From contig CM022673.1 of the NCBI GenBank assembly GCA_012295275.1, positions 26,598,001 through 26,662,000 on the forward strand: DNA of 64,000 bases, read 5' to 3'. The stretch's first letter is position 1. Each line of letters opens with the position of its first letter. Below, piece after piece: positions 1 through 12,500 of the stretch. The stretch is from Chrysomallon squamiferum. Taxonomy: Eukaryota; Animalia; Mollusca. A program made the translations under genes and the position numbers. The notes beneath the pieces were generated by a model, which ran no database searches, was not told the DNA's origin, and saw only the letters and a list, made by a program, of their open reading frames with translations.

Positions 1-802
1 TTGTAGTATTTTTTTTTTTTTTTTTTTAACTTTTTGGGGAAATGAATGTACTTTGTTCATATTCTATTATTCACATTTTTTTCAGAACCAGTACCTGCAA
101 ATATTATTTCTACAAACAATTCGTAATCAAAGAATTTTATTTGTTTTTATTTTTTTTTTTTCTTAAATCTGAGAATGTCAAAAGAAAGAATTGGGGACAT
201 TTCTCACATTTGGATACTCTCAAAGTGCAAGATATTTCTTTAGCCTTTTGTTTAACTAATTTGTTATTACATCGTAACAAAGATTTTAACTGTTCAACTT
301 CAAGTATTGATTTTTCATGTTATGACTGTCTAAAATAAATAAATGCATTAAAATAAAAACCGTTTTCAGTGAAAAACACTACAAGAAACATACAGTTTTG
401 TTTTTCCGTCTTTTGTAGCCAATCTGTAGTGTTTAGATTTTAAAACTTTTTTCTTTTCCCATTATTATAGTAATCCTCAATATGTCAAATATCTATTTCT
501 GACCAAAATATTAAAAACAACAAAAATCAAACAAAAACCCCACAGAATTCAATTAAACTAACCGAAAATAAAATTTAAACAGATATGTTTTTAAAACTGT
601 AAATCAAAACTCCTCTGTGTACTAACACTAAGTGAAAAACAATCAGTTGAATATTTTTGACAAAATAACAGTATCAGGTTGATGATCAATTTGATCAGCT
701 GAGCCTGGTGTCACCGAAAGAAAGATTAGAATAGTTAGTTACTATATTACATTACAACCTATACTCACTAGATTAAAAATAAAACTGATAAAAATTACGT
801 AC

Positions 803-900
803 CTGTCTTCACCAGTTTCAGTCTGATAATGGAAGACGGGTTATTTATAACAGTAAATCTGCTGGCATACAAACAACCAAGGATAATCGCACCATCTTAC
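803..900 (-). other. Putative non-coding first exon of a divergently transcribed gene (5' boundary approximate)
   Basis: Minus-strand donor CAG|GTACGT (GT at 802-801) about 100 nt from the CCAAT box; YY1-like AAGATGGTGCG on the minus strand near 888-898; its ATG closes after 16 codons. Confidence 0.45.
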
Positions 901-1165
901 TCGGCTGATAGATTTCAACCAATCAGTTTTTAACATTCAATCACGTGTATTCTCCCGCGTCAGTCCCATGAATGGGTCAGTCACAGACATTTAGGTCGGA
1001 TCCTCGAAAATGCACATCCAGGTTAACACACCAACCAATCAGAAATTGCATATATCTCGCACCATGTTAAAATTATGTCGGTTACGAAGGTCAAAATTTT
1101 ATATATACTTCCGGGTTATGGCGTTACAACTTCCGTAAAATCATGTGATAGTTACTACAAAATGG
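880..1165. promoter_or_regulatory. CpG-enriched housekeeping-type promoter of CCDC93, probably bidirectional
   Basis: Local CpG enrichment; CCAATCAG boxes (CCAAT at 919-923 and 1035-1039); CACGTG 942-947; ETS-like ACTTCCGG 1107-1114 and ACTTCCGT 1129-1136; YY1-like AAAATGGC over the ATG. Confidence 0.7.
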
Positions 1166-1251
1166 CCTCTTCCAGTATTTTTGCAGGCCGTCCAAGAGCA
1201 CCATCAGCAAAATTTCCAACACAAATAGACGCTGATGGTAGAGAAGTTGAG
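1162..1251 (+). CDS. CCDC93: CCDC93 coding exon 1 ([30 protein letters not shown])
   Basis: ATG in aaaATGg context; donor GAG|gtaaaa; phase 0 joins exon 2. Confidence 0.88.
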
Positions 1252-1403
1252 GTAAAACATTACAATAACAAGAAAAAACATTATCAGATAATAATCATTA
1301 AATCGTCTTCTGTTTTATCCTATTTTGTCTAAGAAATGACACTAGTCTCTGAAATGCCCCTCCCATTCTCGATTACATATTCATTAAATTTACTACAGCA
1401 TTA

Positions 1404-1453
<50 letters not shown>

Positions 1454-4400
1454 CATTTATTCATTTATAATTTTTGTCACATAAAATGATAGATGACAGA
1501 TGGCAGATCTCAGTCCAGAATCCTAAATAATAACATTAATTATTATAAATGAAACATAGCACTTCTCTCAATAATTAAATATTACAAATACGAAACAACA
1601 AGTGATAACTCACCCGAAAAGGACACTAATCAAACTTATAAGCACAGGGCTTAATTAGTTTTCATTCAGTATAGCCAAATAATATTTAAAGCATTTATAA
1701 AAATACAAAATGATGTAAAACAGTTGGCTTGCGATCATCCCAGCCAGTGCATTATGAGAAGTACTTAAAATGACATATACTATATCATTTTAGCAGCAGT
1801 GTATTAAGTTTAATTATAATACAAAAAGAATTACTAATAAACTGATCAATTATTCAGAATAATTTTTTATTTATTTTTGATCAGAGTTCTCATACATCAT
1901 TTTCATTCCGTGAGGAATCATCATCAAAGTTATTAGGCTGAGGGCTATATATATTTTGAATGATTTTTGTATCTGCAGTAATCAGAGATTTATTTTATGA
2001 TCTAGTATTAAGGATTACAAGGAAAGGTTTAACAAGAAATATGTGAAAAACAAAAACCACACTTGTAGTGCAATTTTTTTTATTGTGGAAGATATATTTG
2101 TATGCCATCTGTCTCACCTATAATGAACTAAATTACAAAATTAAAATATATTTTGGCATCTGACGTTTTAAATCACTGTTATTCCAGTAATCAGTATTAC
2201 TCAGATAATCAATTTTATCATAGCTATCAAATAAAGCAAATTGTTTTTATGAAATTTTAAACTGTATTTTATTTTTCTCTAGGTGGAGACACGTGAAGAT
2301 GAGGAGCAAAATGTTAAACTACAACAAACTATCGAACTTCTGCTTGCAGCTGGCTACTTCAGAGCCAGGATAAAGGGTCTTTCACCGTTTGACAAGGTAC
2401 GTAAACATTTCATGTGAATTTCACAAATAAATATGGTTTAATTGTACCTCTTTACCTTTTGCCATGAACTTTGACAGTTGTTAGGAATCAGATATTAGTT
2501 TTTTTTGTGCTGTTTGTTTTATTTTAATATGAGAGAGAAGAAAGAACCTTGCTTCTGGAATTCCATACATTGCTGTTATTTATTATTACAAACCTTCCTG
2601 TAGATTGGAAAAATATATTCCAAGGCTTTTGTTAAATCAGTTGTTGGCTCATGTTTGGAATGGGAAAAGAGGCTGGTTGCCTGGTTACATCCTCCTCCTC
2701 CAGGAATGAAATAATTACTTTATATCAAAACACTGATGTCATTGTCTTCTTAGGAGTTTACATAATAAAAAACTGAAAGTGAATAAAGATACATTTTTTC
2801 TTATAACATAGAGAAGGTGATTTTAGTAGTTTATAACATGTGAATATTTTATTCATTTATTTATTTTTAAGTTGATTTAAAGTGTAAATATATTTCTGTT
2901 TTTTATATGTTTATATCTGAATTATATATTTTATTCATTTGTTTACTTATCTTAATGCTGATTTAATGTATAACTGTGTTTAGGGATATTGGATGTTTTT
3001 ATATGTTTTATATTTGAATTATTTATTTTATGTATGTATTTAACTCTTTTATTGTGAATCTTTCAGGTTGTTGGGGGTATGACTTGGTGTATTACAACTT
3101 GCAACTTTGATTTGGATGTGGATCTTCTGTTTCAAGAAAACTCAACAATAGGGCAGAAAATGTAAGGAGATTTTTATTTATATTTATTAACAGAAATCCA
3201 GTTTATAAATTAGTCCAGTGTTACGTTCAGAAATATTTTAACATTTATTTATAGACACTAGTCCATTACCCATTGTGTTTATTGGATAATAAATTGATTA
3301 AAATCAACAATTACTTGTAATAAAGGTTTAGCAACAATAAAAGGCTAATTTAAAAGAAAAACAATAACTATCTTACATAGTTGTTTATACATGTTTGGAA
3401 ATTAATTTTAGATTTTTTTTCAAGAAAACTAGAAATTATTATAATGTTGTTTTTAAAAATTAATTTGTGATTCTACAATGTTTTATTTCCTTTAAGAGAT
3501 AAATGTTTAGTTGTATTTAGTTGTTTTAAGATGACATCTAAATTTTGTAGATCACTGACTGAAAAAATTGTTGCTGTGCTTCCAAAAATGAAATGTCCAC
3601 ACAGAATAGAACCACATCAGATCCAGGGCTTGGATTTTATTCACATCTATCCAGTGATACAGGTAGGACATTTCTTCTAATAGCAACAAAAATAAACTGA
3701 TGTGATCCATCAGTTATTAACACAAATATATAAATTTTGAAATCAGATGGCTATGTGATTTTGTTTTTTCTCATATTTTCTGATAAAAAAAATAAAAAAA
3801 TAAAAATAAAAATAAAAATAAAAATAAAAATAAAAATAAATTAAATTAAATTAAATTAAAATAATTCATAAATAAATAAATAAAATAAAATAAAAATAAT
3901 TTTTAATATTTCTGTATTTTTTCTTTTTGACCTGGAGTTCTCACTGTTGTGAATTATGTTGTTGGTAAATTAAAATAAAGAATTTCATCATTATTATTTT
4001 ACTGTTTGTATAAATATTTATTACAGTGGTTGGTGAAAAAAGCTATAGAAACTAGAGAGGAAATGGGGGATTATATACGATCATTTGCCGTTTCTCAGTT
4101 CAACAAGAACCATGCCATGCCACAGGTTTGTAGTAACTTTAATAAAATAAATTGTTTTCCATTATATGTAAATATCACATATCTAAAATAAAACTAAATA
4201 TCATTGTCACTAATACAATTTCTGACAGTTTTGCCAGTCTTCAAATCAGAGGAATTTCTTCACTAGTAAACATCTTCATTTGGAGACAGCATAAAAATAT
4301 TTGCCATCTTCATCGTTAGAACATAAAGAAGCATTTAAAACCATTTTTCATATTTCCAACTTAGTGTATTTTTTATTTAAGCAACCTGTAATCGTTAAAA

Positions 4401-4954
4401 AGAAATTATGACAATGGAATTATACTGTTACAAAGCATTCAAACACTGCCATTTTATACCTTTTACCATTGAAATTGTGACACCATTATGTTTATGACAG
4501 AATGGTTACTGTATTTTTTCTGCAAGTAGTAGGAGAAACCAGAGCAAATTGATCAATCCTGTATGAGATGACATCATGGTTGCTAAAATAAGTTTTTTTT
4601 ATTGGTATTATTTTGTTTTTATACTTAATGATTAATTATAATTGGACAGCAAAACCAAATTAAAATATTACTTGGAAGTGTGCAGAAGACATTTAGTCTG
4701 TTTCTAAATAGTATCAGAAAAGGTGTACTTTGAAAAAACAGTTTTATTTTGGGAATGATAAATGAAAGATGAAAGGTTGTTTGTTAAAAATCAGACGTGA
4801 AATATTTTGTCACTGTACTACTTGACCTGTGTACTTTGTTCTGTCTGGACTGTTTTGACTCGGTGATTTTATTTTAAGATAAAACACATGCATCTGGGTT
4901 ATTGTGGCTTTTGATAAATGCCAATATTGTATTCACATGTGCAGATATATATAT

Positions 4955-4986
<32 letters not shown>

Positions 4987-7900
4987 GAAACTCATGCACA
5001 CACCCGCAACACACACACGCATGCACACGCACACACACACACACACACAGCATCTAAACTCTAATTTATTTTTATTTATTTTACTAGTTCATTGACAGAA
5101 GACTATATTTGTGATCTGCTGACAATAATTATTAAAAACATTAAATAAATCTCAGTATTATTACTGTTATCATTAATAATATGAAAATATTAAAAAAAAA
5201 TGTCATTGTTTTATGGCAATCCTACTTAAGTACATATAGAACATATTAACCCTAGGCTGTGTTATTATCATCAGGAATATATCAAATATATTTAAAACAT
5301 TTTTATTATTATTATTTTCATTTAAACATCATCTGTTTTAAACTTTATTATTTTATACATATATATATTTTTTTTTTTTTTTATTTTTTTGATATGTATC
5401 AAAAAAAAAAAAAAAAAATATATATATATAAGTTAATGGCCACCAGTATTTCTTCCAGCAGTTTATTACCTGTATTTTAATTTTGTAATTGAATGAACTC
5501 TGATAATAGTATTGGCTGTCTGGTAGATGTATGTTATCTAGTAAATCTACACATGACTTTGGTCCAGTTAATCTTATTAGTATTATTCACATGCTCATGA
5601 TTACTAAGTTAACACCATTTTAATTTATTTTTCATTATGGCTATTAACATTAAAACATGTATTATAACAATATCTTTGTTTTCTCTTTGGTAAAAAAAAA
5701 TATGTATGTGTGTGAGTGTATGCATTTGTAGACACACACACACACACACACACACGAATGCACGCACGCACGCCCACACAGACACACACACATTAGTTCT
5801 ATCTGACTGGCTGTCAAAGAACAGCTCATGATAGGTCTGGTATCTGATGAATCTTAAATCACCTAAATACTATTTTTGTATTTTTACAGTCATAAATGGA
5901 TTTTTCAACCAGTTGATTTAAAATGTAAATCTTTGTATTTCTAAAATACTGCAATTACTTGTCAACTCAGCATTCAGAATTTCCAGTGATATAATGTAAC
6001 GGAAACACCAGTTTTTGATTAAACTGTGAATTTGTTCTTTTTAATTCTTGATGTATGACTTGAAAGTTAGAGTCTGGATAGATGATACACTAAAAGGAAG
6101 GCTTTGTAAAATAAAATATCTTTTTATATTTAATTTAAACAAAAATTCCAATAAATAAAATAAAAAATAAGTCAATAAAAATAGAATACAATAGAATAGA
6201 ATAGAATAGAATAGAATAGAAATATAATACAATACAATACACAATACAATACAATACAATGTAATGTAATATAACATACTACAGTACAATACAATCTAAT
6301 GCAATAAAATACAATATGTGTAATTTAATGTAAATATAATATAATAAAAATTATATAAATATACATTTATGTAACAAAATTAATTAAAATTTTTATTTGA
6401 CTGGTTCAGACGTGTTTTCAGACATGTTGATTGTCATTATCGATAGCTGTGCTTTGCGCTGAAGTGTGTATATGGGAGGAATTTTATTAAGGACACTCAT
6501 TGACGTTCACTGACATGATAAGACGAATCTGGTGACCAGACATCGCATACCACTGATATCATCCGACTGGTTGCGATAAATTTTAATTTTATCATTTAAA
6601 TGTCCTAATGGACAAAGTTAAACTAAAAAAAAAAAGAAGAGCTAGGTCAAGTTGTTGATCAAACAGGGTTTAAGTGGATTAGCATTGTCATGTTGTTGTT
6701 GTTGTTTTGGAGGAGATGAGATGAGATGCATACTTTAATGTAAATTATGTTTGTGACGTAAGTTTTGAGGACTGGCTGTTTATTTAGAAAATACGTTGAC
6801 CGAAATCAGTGAATGACATTTCATGTGTTTGTTATCTGTTACAGCATAGTCTGTCTGGGAGATTCAGGTTATCATTAGTTATTGAGTATGTGTCAGATTA
6901 CATGTTCAGGTGTAAACAAAATATTTTATTTTTGTTACCACAAAAATAATACAAAAAACAAAACAAAAACAACAACAATAACTACGCAGTTATCAAAGTA
7001 CAGTCTGCCTTCCCTTCAGAGTTCCTTAACTTTGTTCCAGGAGCTGGAATCTGTAACACAGAACAGTGTTTTCTTAATAATGTTAAAACATCATCTCTCT
7101 TTATCATTTCCTATACAGTACATTCCAGTTCTTTGCCATTTTAAGTAATTTATATAGGTGGAAAGGTAACCCAAGATCAAAATGTTAAAGAGCTGCATTT
7201 GGCAGTGTAATAATATGAAGTTGAAGATGTATGTAATTTTAGATTTTTTTTCTTTTATATGAAATATTAAAATACAGAATTTGTTACTGATTAAATACTT
7301 TTTTTACATCTTGTTGGTTAATTGTTTTTCTTACACATCAATATAATGTTATTGATTTTTTTTTCTTTTATGTCTAACTAAATTAATACACCTAGCAGAA
7401 ATTGTGTTTTATTTTTTTTATTTTTTTATTTTTTATATCTCACTAAATTAATCCAGCAGAAATGGTCTTTTTTTTTCTTTTCTTTTTTAAAAAAAAATCT
7501 CTTTAGTATCTTTTGTGATGTGTATAGGTTACCATTCAGTCAGGTGTTTTACTTACAGTAACCACTTTCATGTTCTTCTGAATTAAGACACAATGGTGTT
7601 TTCACATATTTAAACTTAATATAAATTACTAGACATTGTCTACTTTATCACAGTTCTTCAGATGGTAGTACTGCTCAACAGTGAAGATGTTAAATTACTT
7701 ACTTTTGTTTACAAGTAAATAAGTTGTTAATTTATTATCACTCAAGTATAATCAAACAGCATAACAGTTTATTAGGATCAATGTTCCCTCAAATTTTCCC
7801 AAACCACAAATTAGAAATTTTGACGCTTCGAGCAAAAATAAAAGTAGAAAAAACAATTATGTTCTGTAAATTAGAATGAGAGGCAACATTTTGATGTGGG

Positions 7901-9180
7901 TGATAACATTCATAACTGCAGGGCACCAAAACTCTGACTGCACAGCCTAGAAGGAACATTAATAATCAGTAATTAGAAATCTATTAATATTGGGCTTATT
8001 TTAACATAAATCTATATAAATATTGGGTTAATTTTTTTATATATATATATATATATAATACATATATCTCTATGTCTACATACATTTTCTGAAGAGATGT
8101 TTAGTAACAATGTAAACATAAGTTAAGCAGGTATAATAAATATATACATAATTTCACAAGAAATGGTGACACTTGCCATTACAGTTTTTCAAATGAATTC
8201 TGTTATTGTGTTTATTTAATTTCATTTGAAAAGCTGTTTCTTTAACAGTTTAAGAAAATTTATCTTTACTGACATATTTTTCTGGATTGATATATTTTTT
8301 GCTTCTTTTTTAGAAAAAAATTATTTATTCACATCTGTATTTTTCAAGTGTTCGTATAAAATATTTGATATTCATTTGTAAAAAAAATAAAAATTCATAT
8401 TTAATTTTATGCATTATAATTTTTATTTAAAAATATTTGCAGTATGTTCATGCAATTTATTATAATTTATGCACTGAAAAAATCTCTATACGTGTATGTA
8501 TATGTGTTTGTTTTTGTGTGTGTGTGTGTGTGTTCCATTTGTTGTCATAAAATGTGATAAAAGTTATTTATATTTATGAAGAGTGACACAAGATGTTAAT
8601 TTGTTAGTAGAAAAAATATTAATAATTTATTTTTTCTTTACTTTTTAAATTGTTTTTTTCTTATTTTTTTTTAAGGATCTTGCATTTGAAGAGCAGAAAC
8701 CAAAGGCATTGACAGCCATTTCAACCACCAAGGTATCCTTACAGCTATTTCTGTCAAAATTTTCTTCAAAACATATAATAAAGCTTACAAGACAAGAAAT
8801 GGTTTCAAAAATAATAACAAACAGACTGAAGCTTAGTTTTTATATTTGAAGAAATGGCTTCTGAACTATTTGTTCTTTGAATAACATTATTAATAATGTT
8901 ATTCAATCAGTCATACAGCTTTCCTTTTTGCCAGCCTACAACTCGCGATTAAGCAAGCTTATTAAATGATTCTTCAAAAATCATGAAACAGAAAGTGAAA
9001 AATATGTGACAGGCTGAACTATGTGTATGAATGATGAAGTCCTTTTAAGTTGTGAATACATTGTAAAAATATGTGTAGATAAAGAACTAGTTGTAAAGAA
9101 AGTTATTTGTAATAAACTCATCGTTATACTTTACTTATTTATTTATTTATTTATTTATTTATTAATTTATTTATTTATTT

Positions 9181-9217
<37 letters not shown>

Positions 9218-9551
9218 TTTATTTATTTATTAATTAATTTATTTATTCATTTTTATTTATTTATTTATTAATTTATTTATTTATTCATTTTTTTTTTTTA
9301 TTTATTTATTTATTTATTTATTTATTATTTTTTAGGATGCTTACAAACCACAAAGAAGATATCGCAGACAGGATGTTGAGAAGCTGAAAGATGAAGAAAC
9401 GAGAGTGCAGTCGACACTGTTAGAATATGGCAGGTCTGTTCTTATTTTTTATATTTTTTTATGTTGCAGGTGTTGTAATGGAGCTCTTTGCCATGAAAGT
9501 GTCAAGTAGACAGAATGAAATATTCATTCATAATGTGTTTATTTTTTTTTT

Positions 9552-9583
<32 letters not shown>

Positions 9584-12500
9584 GTTAAACTGAGATTCTA
9601 ATAATATTTTAGAAGATTCAAGAAAGATAAAATTATATTTTCAAAATGTGATTCACTGAAAATAAATGACATAATTGGTAATTTAATTTTCTTTTTCTAG
9701 GAGATATGGTGCTAGCAAAAAGGATAAAAAGGTTGGTATTGTCTACTGACTTGTTTCACAAATACATTGTTGTTGTTCTATTGATGGGTTCAACATAAAT
9801 ATATATAAAAATAAAATTCAGTATATTTGTCAAAATAAAGATAATATGAATGGAATGATTACTGATTTTAATCTTACAAATTTTATTGTTTATTTTTAAT
9901 GTGATGTTTTGTTTATTTTAAATTTACTGGTTTAAAAACATAAAAAAAAATTCTGTTTTCCTAAAGGCAACACATGAATCAAAAATGAATTTAAAGATAC
10001 TTTTTTATTATTATTATTTTCCTTGTTTTTTAATGCAAAAACACAGACGAGAATATTCATATTTGTTTATAAATTATTAGGAAGATGATCAGTCAACAAA
10101 AAAGAAGGCAATAGCAGCAGGTTTGGCTGCCAGTGAACCCAGAGAAGATGACCAGGAAGAAGAGGTACTGAACAAATCTTTTCATACTGCAGATAGTATT
10201 TTAAATTAAAAATCTATGCTGTCTTAAATTTGTTTTGTAGGAAAGACTTGAGAATATATCTGTTCCAATATTTTAAAGTCTGGTGATACCGTCATGTTGT
10301 CTGATATTAATATAGATATTCTAGAATTATGTTGAAGTTTTAAGATCATGTGCTGAGTTAATCTGGAATATCCATGTAATTTTTTTGTTTATTTTTTTAT
10401 TTTGACAGTATTTAATTTTCTACCTTCAGTTACATTATAAAGATTTTTTTAATGTTTTTTTTTTTCTCTTTTTTGTTCTGTTTTTAAGCGAAGGATCAAA
10501 CTTTTAATGAGTTCAATGTCTGCAACTGACAGTCATGAGGTAATTATTGTTTATGATATTTCATTATTAGTTAATTTTGTCTTTAATTAAACTGGAAATA
10601 AATCTCCCCAATACTCCAAAAATATGGAAAAGAAAATCAAAAACAAAACAGCTGACTAAAAATTTATGATGTTAACATACTTTTTCTTATTAACACGAAT
10701 CTTTCAGAAAGAAAGAAAAAAAGCAGTGGTTTTTATTTGATTTTGAAATTGTGAAAATATAAAAAAAAAAAAAAAATATCTAAGGATTTCATTCATTTAT
10801 TTTATTTTTTTGCAAATGTGCTTTTGCATGTCTGTTGTCTGCTGAAGTGAATTTAATATAAAAAAAAAAAATAATAATAATAATAATAAAAACATTCATA
10901 TATATATTTTTTTTTTTTGCAACCAAATAAATGTTTATTCTAATATATACATATATTGTATTTTTTTTTTTTTTCATAAGAAGAGATTAGACAATAATTT
11001 TAGCATTTGTTGTGTTAGTGATCGCATGCTTGTCTCCCATTGTTTAGGGCAAGCTAACTGCTAATAGTGTTGGTACCCTTGTTGGAATGAAGTCTGATGA
11101 AATCATGCAAATAGCCTCTGAGTATGCTCAGAAAGTAAGTCCAGTTCTAACTAGTTATACCTTTTATTTCTTTAAAACAAAATTTTTAACAGTTTTATTC
11201 TTTAAATTTCAAAACTTTGAAAATCATAAAATGATGATAAAAAACATCCTTCTGTTTTGCTGAAGCTTTTTATTTTGGTTCATTATGCATGGGAAATATG
11301 AAATGCTAAATATTTTTTGTTGCATCAGATCAACAGTTTAGAAAATGTTTCATTTAGTTTTAATTTTTGGTTAAAATGGATGATAGGATCAAACTTTAGA
11401 TCTTGTTTCTGACTTTTTATCATAGCACCTTCCATAAAATGAAATTTTATGTCCATCAAAGAGTCCTCCTGCAACCAGTTTTGAACATTTTGCCCAACGA
11501 TTTTCAGTCTGACGTTAATTTTTATATTGACTTCCATAAAATGATTATGTCCATGACTTTTTTATTTGATTTGTGAAACTAGTGACCTTGAAATATAATT
11601 AATGTGTAGGTATGATATTTCACAATGTTTAAAATTCATTGTTCAGAAGAATCTGACAGGGTGAAATTAAAATTTTGAAAAAAAATATAAAACTGAAAAA
11701 AGATATGACATAGAATATCCTTCATCTGACTAAATGATTTTGAATGTGATAGTTCATAACTGCTGATATTGGTTAATAAACTTTATGATTTGTCAGTTTA
11801 AAATTAAAAATGTTTAATTTTTTAAATTAATATACAGACAGATGCACACTTTAATGATGTAATAGAAATACATAACAGATTGTGCAATGTGTTATATGCT
11901 ATGAATGGTCTATAACTATGTTAATGATTGCATTGCAGAATCAGTCTTTATTTTTAGCTATTTTTATTTACTGCAAGTATTTTTTTTTATACTTAAATAA
12001 AAGCTTTTGTATTGGCTGCAGAAAAATGTGTTTTTCATTTACTTTTGATGTGATTTGTCTTATTATGTAATTACTTTTATGTTTACAACTGCATATGCCT
12101 TACTTTAATTCATATTATACAATGTAGAAAATTTTATTTAATTTTATAGAATAATAAAAAAAAAAAAAAAATGTTGAGAATTTATTTAGAGTTTACAATA
12201 AAAATGAAGAAAAAAGGCAGAGAATGTTTTCATCAAAATTTAAAAACAAAAAATATTTTAACAAGAGTGTAAATAAAAAACATGGAGATAAATTTTTATG
12301 ACACAAAAATGCAAAATATTTTTACACAGCAGTGTGAAAAAAACACGTAGAGAAGTTTTTACGGCACAAAAAAAAAACATAATTTTTTTAAATGTTTTTG
12401 TGACTGTGAATGCTAAATGATGATGTAAAATGTTAAACATTGACAGCAAACTGAAATAGAGAGTATTGAGAAGAGCGAGCGAGTGGGCGGGGCCCAGCAA

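Noticed and set aside
42-338. 98-aa + strand ORF
   Set aside because: Contains poly-T-derived Phe runs, no recognisable similarity; probably intronic to the divergent gene.
1075-1161. In-frame upstream ATG extending CCDC93 by 29 aa (track ORF 1075..1332)
   Set aside because: It lies among core promoter motifs, probably upstream of the TSS. ATG 1162 has a better context, and the ORF tail simply reads into intron 1.
4126-8675. Nested gene, snoRNA or alternative exon in CCDC93 intron 5 (for example acceptor ttgttccag at 7040; minus-strand gtaagt near 7551-7556)
   Set aside because: No consistent exon chain, recognisable peptide or properly spaced C/D or H/ACA boxes could be established by eye.
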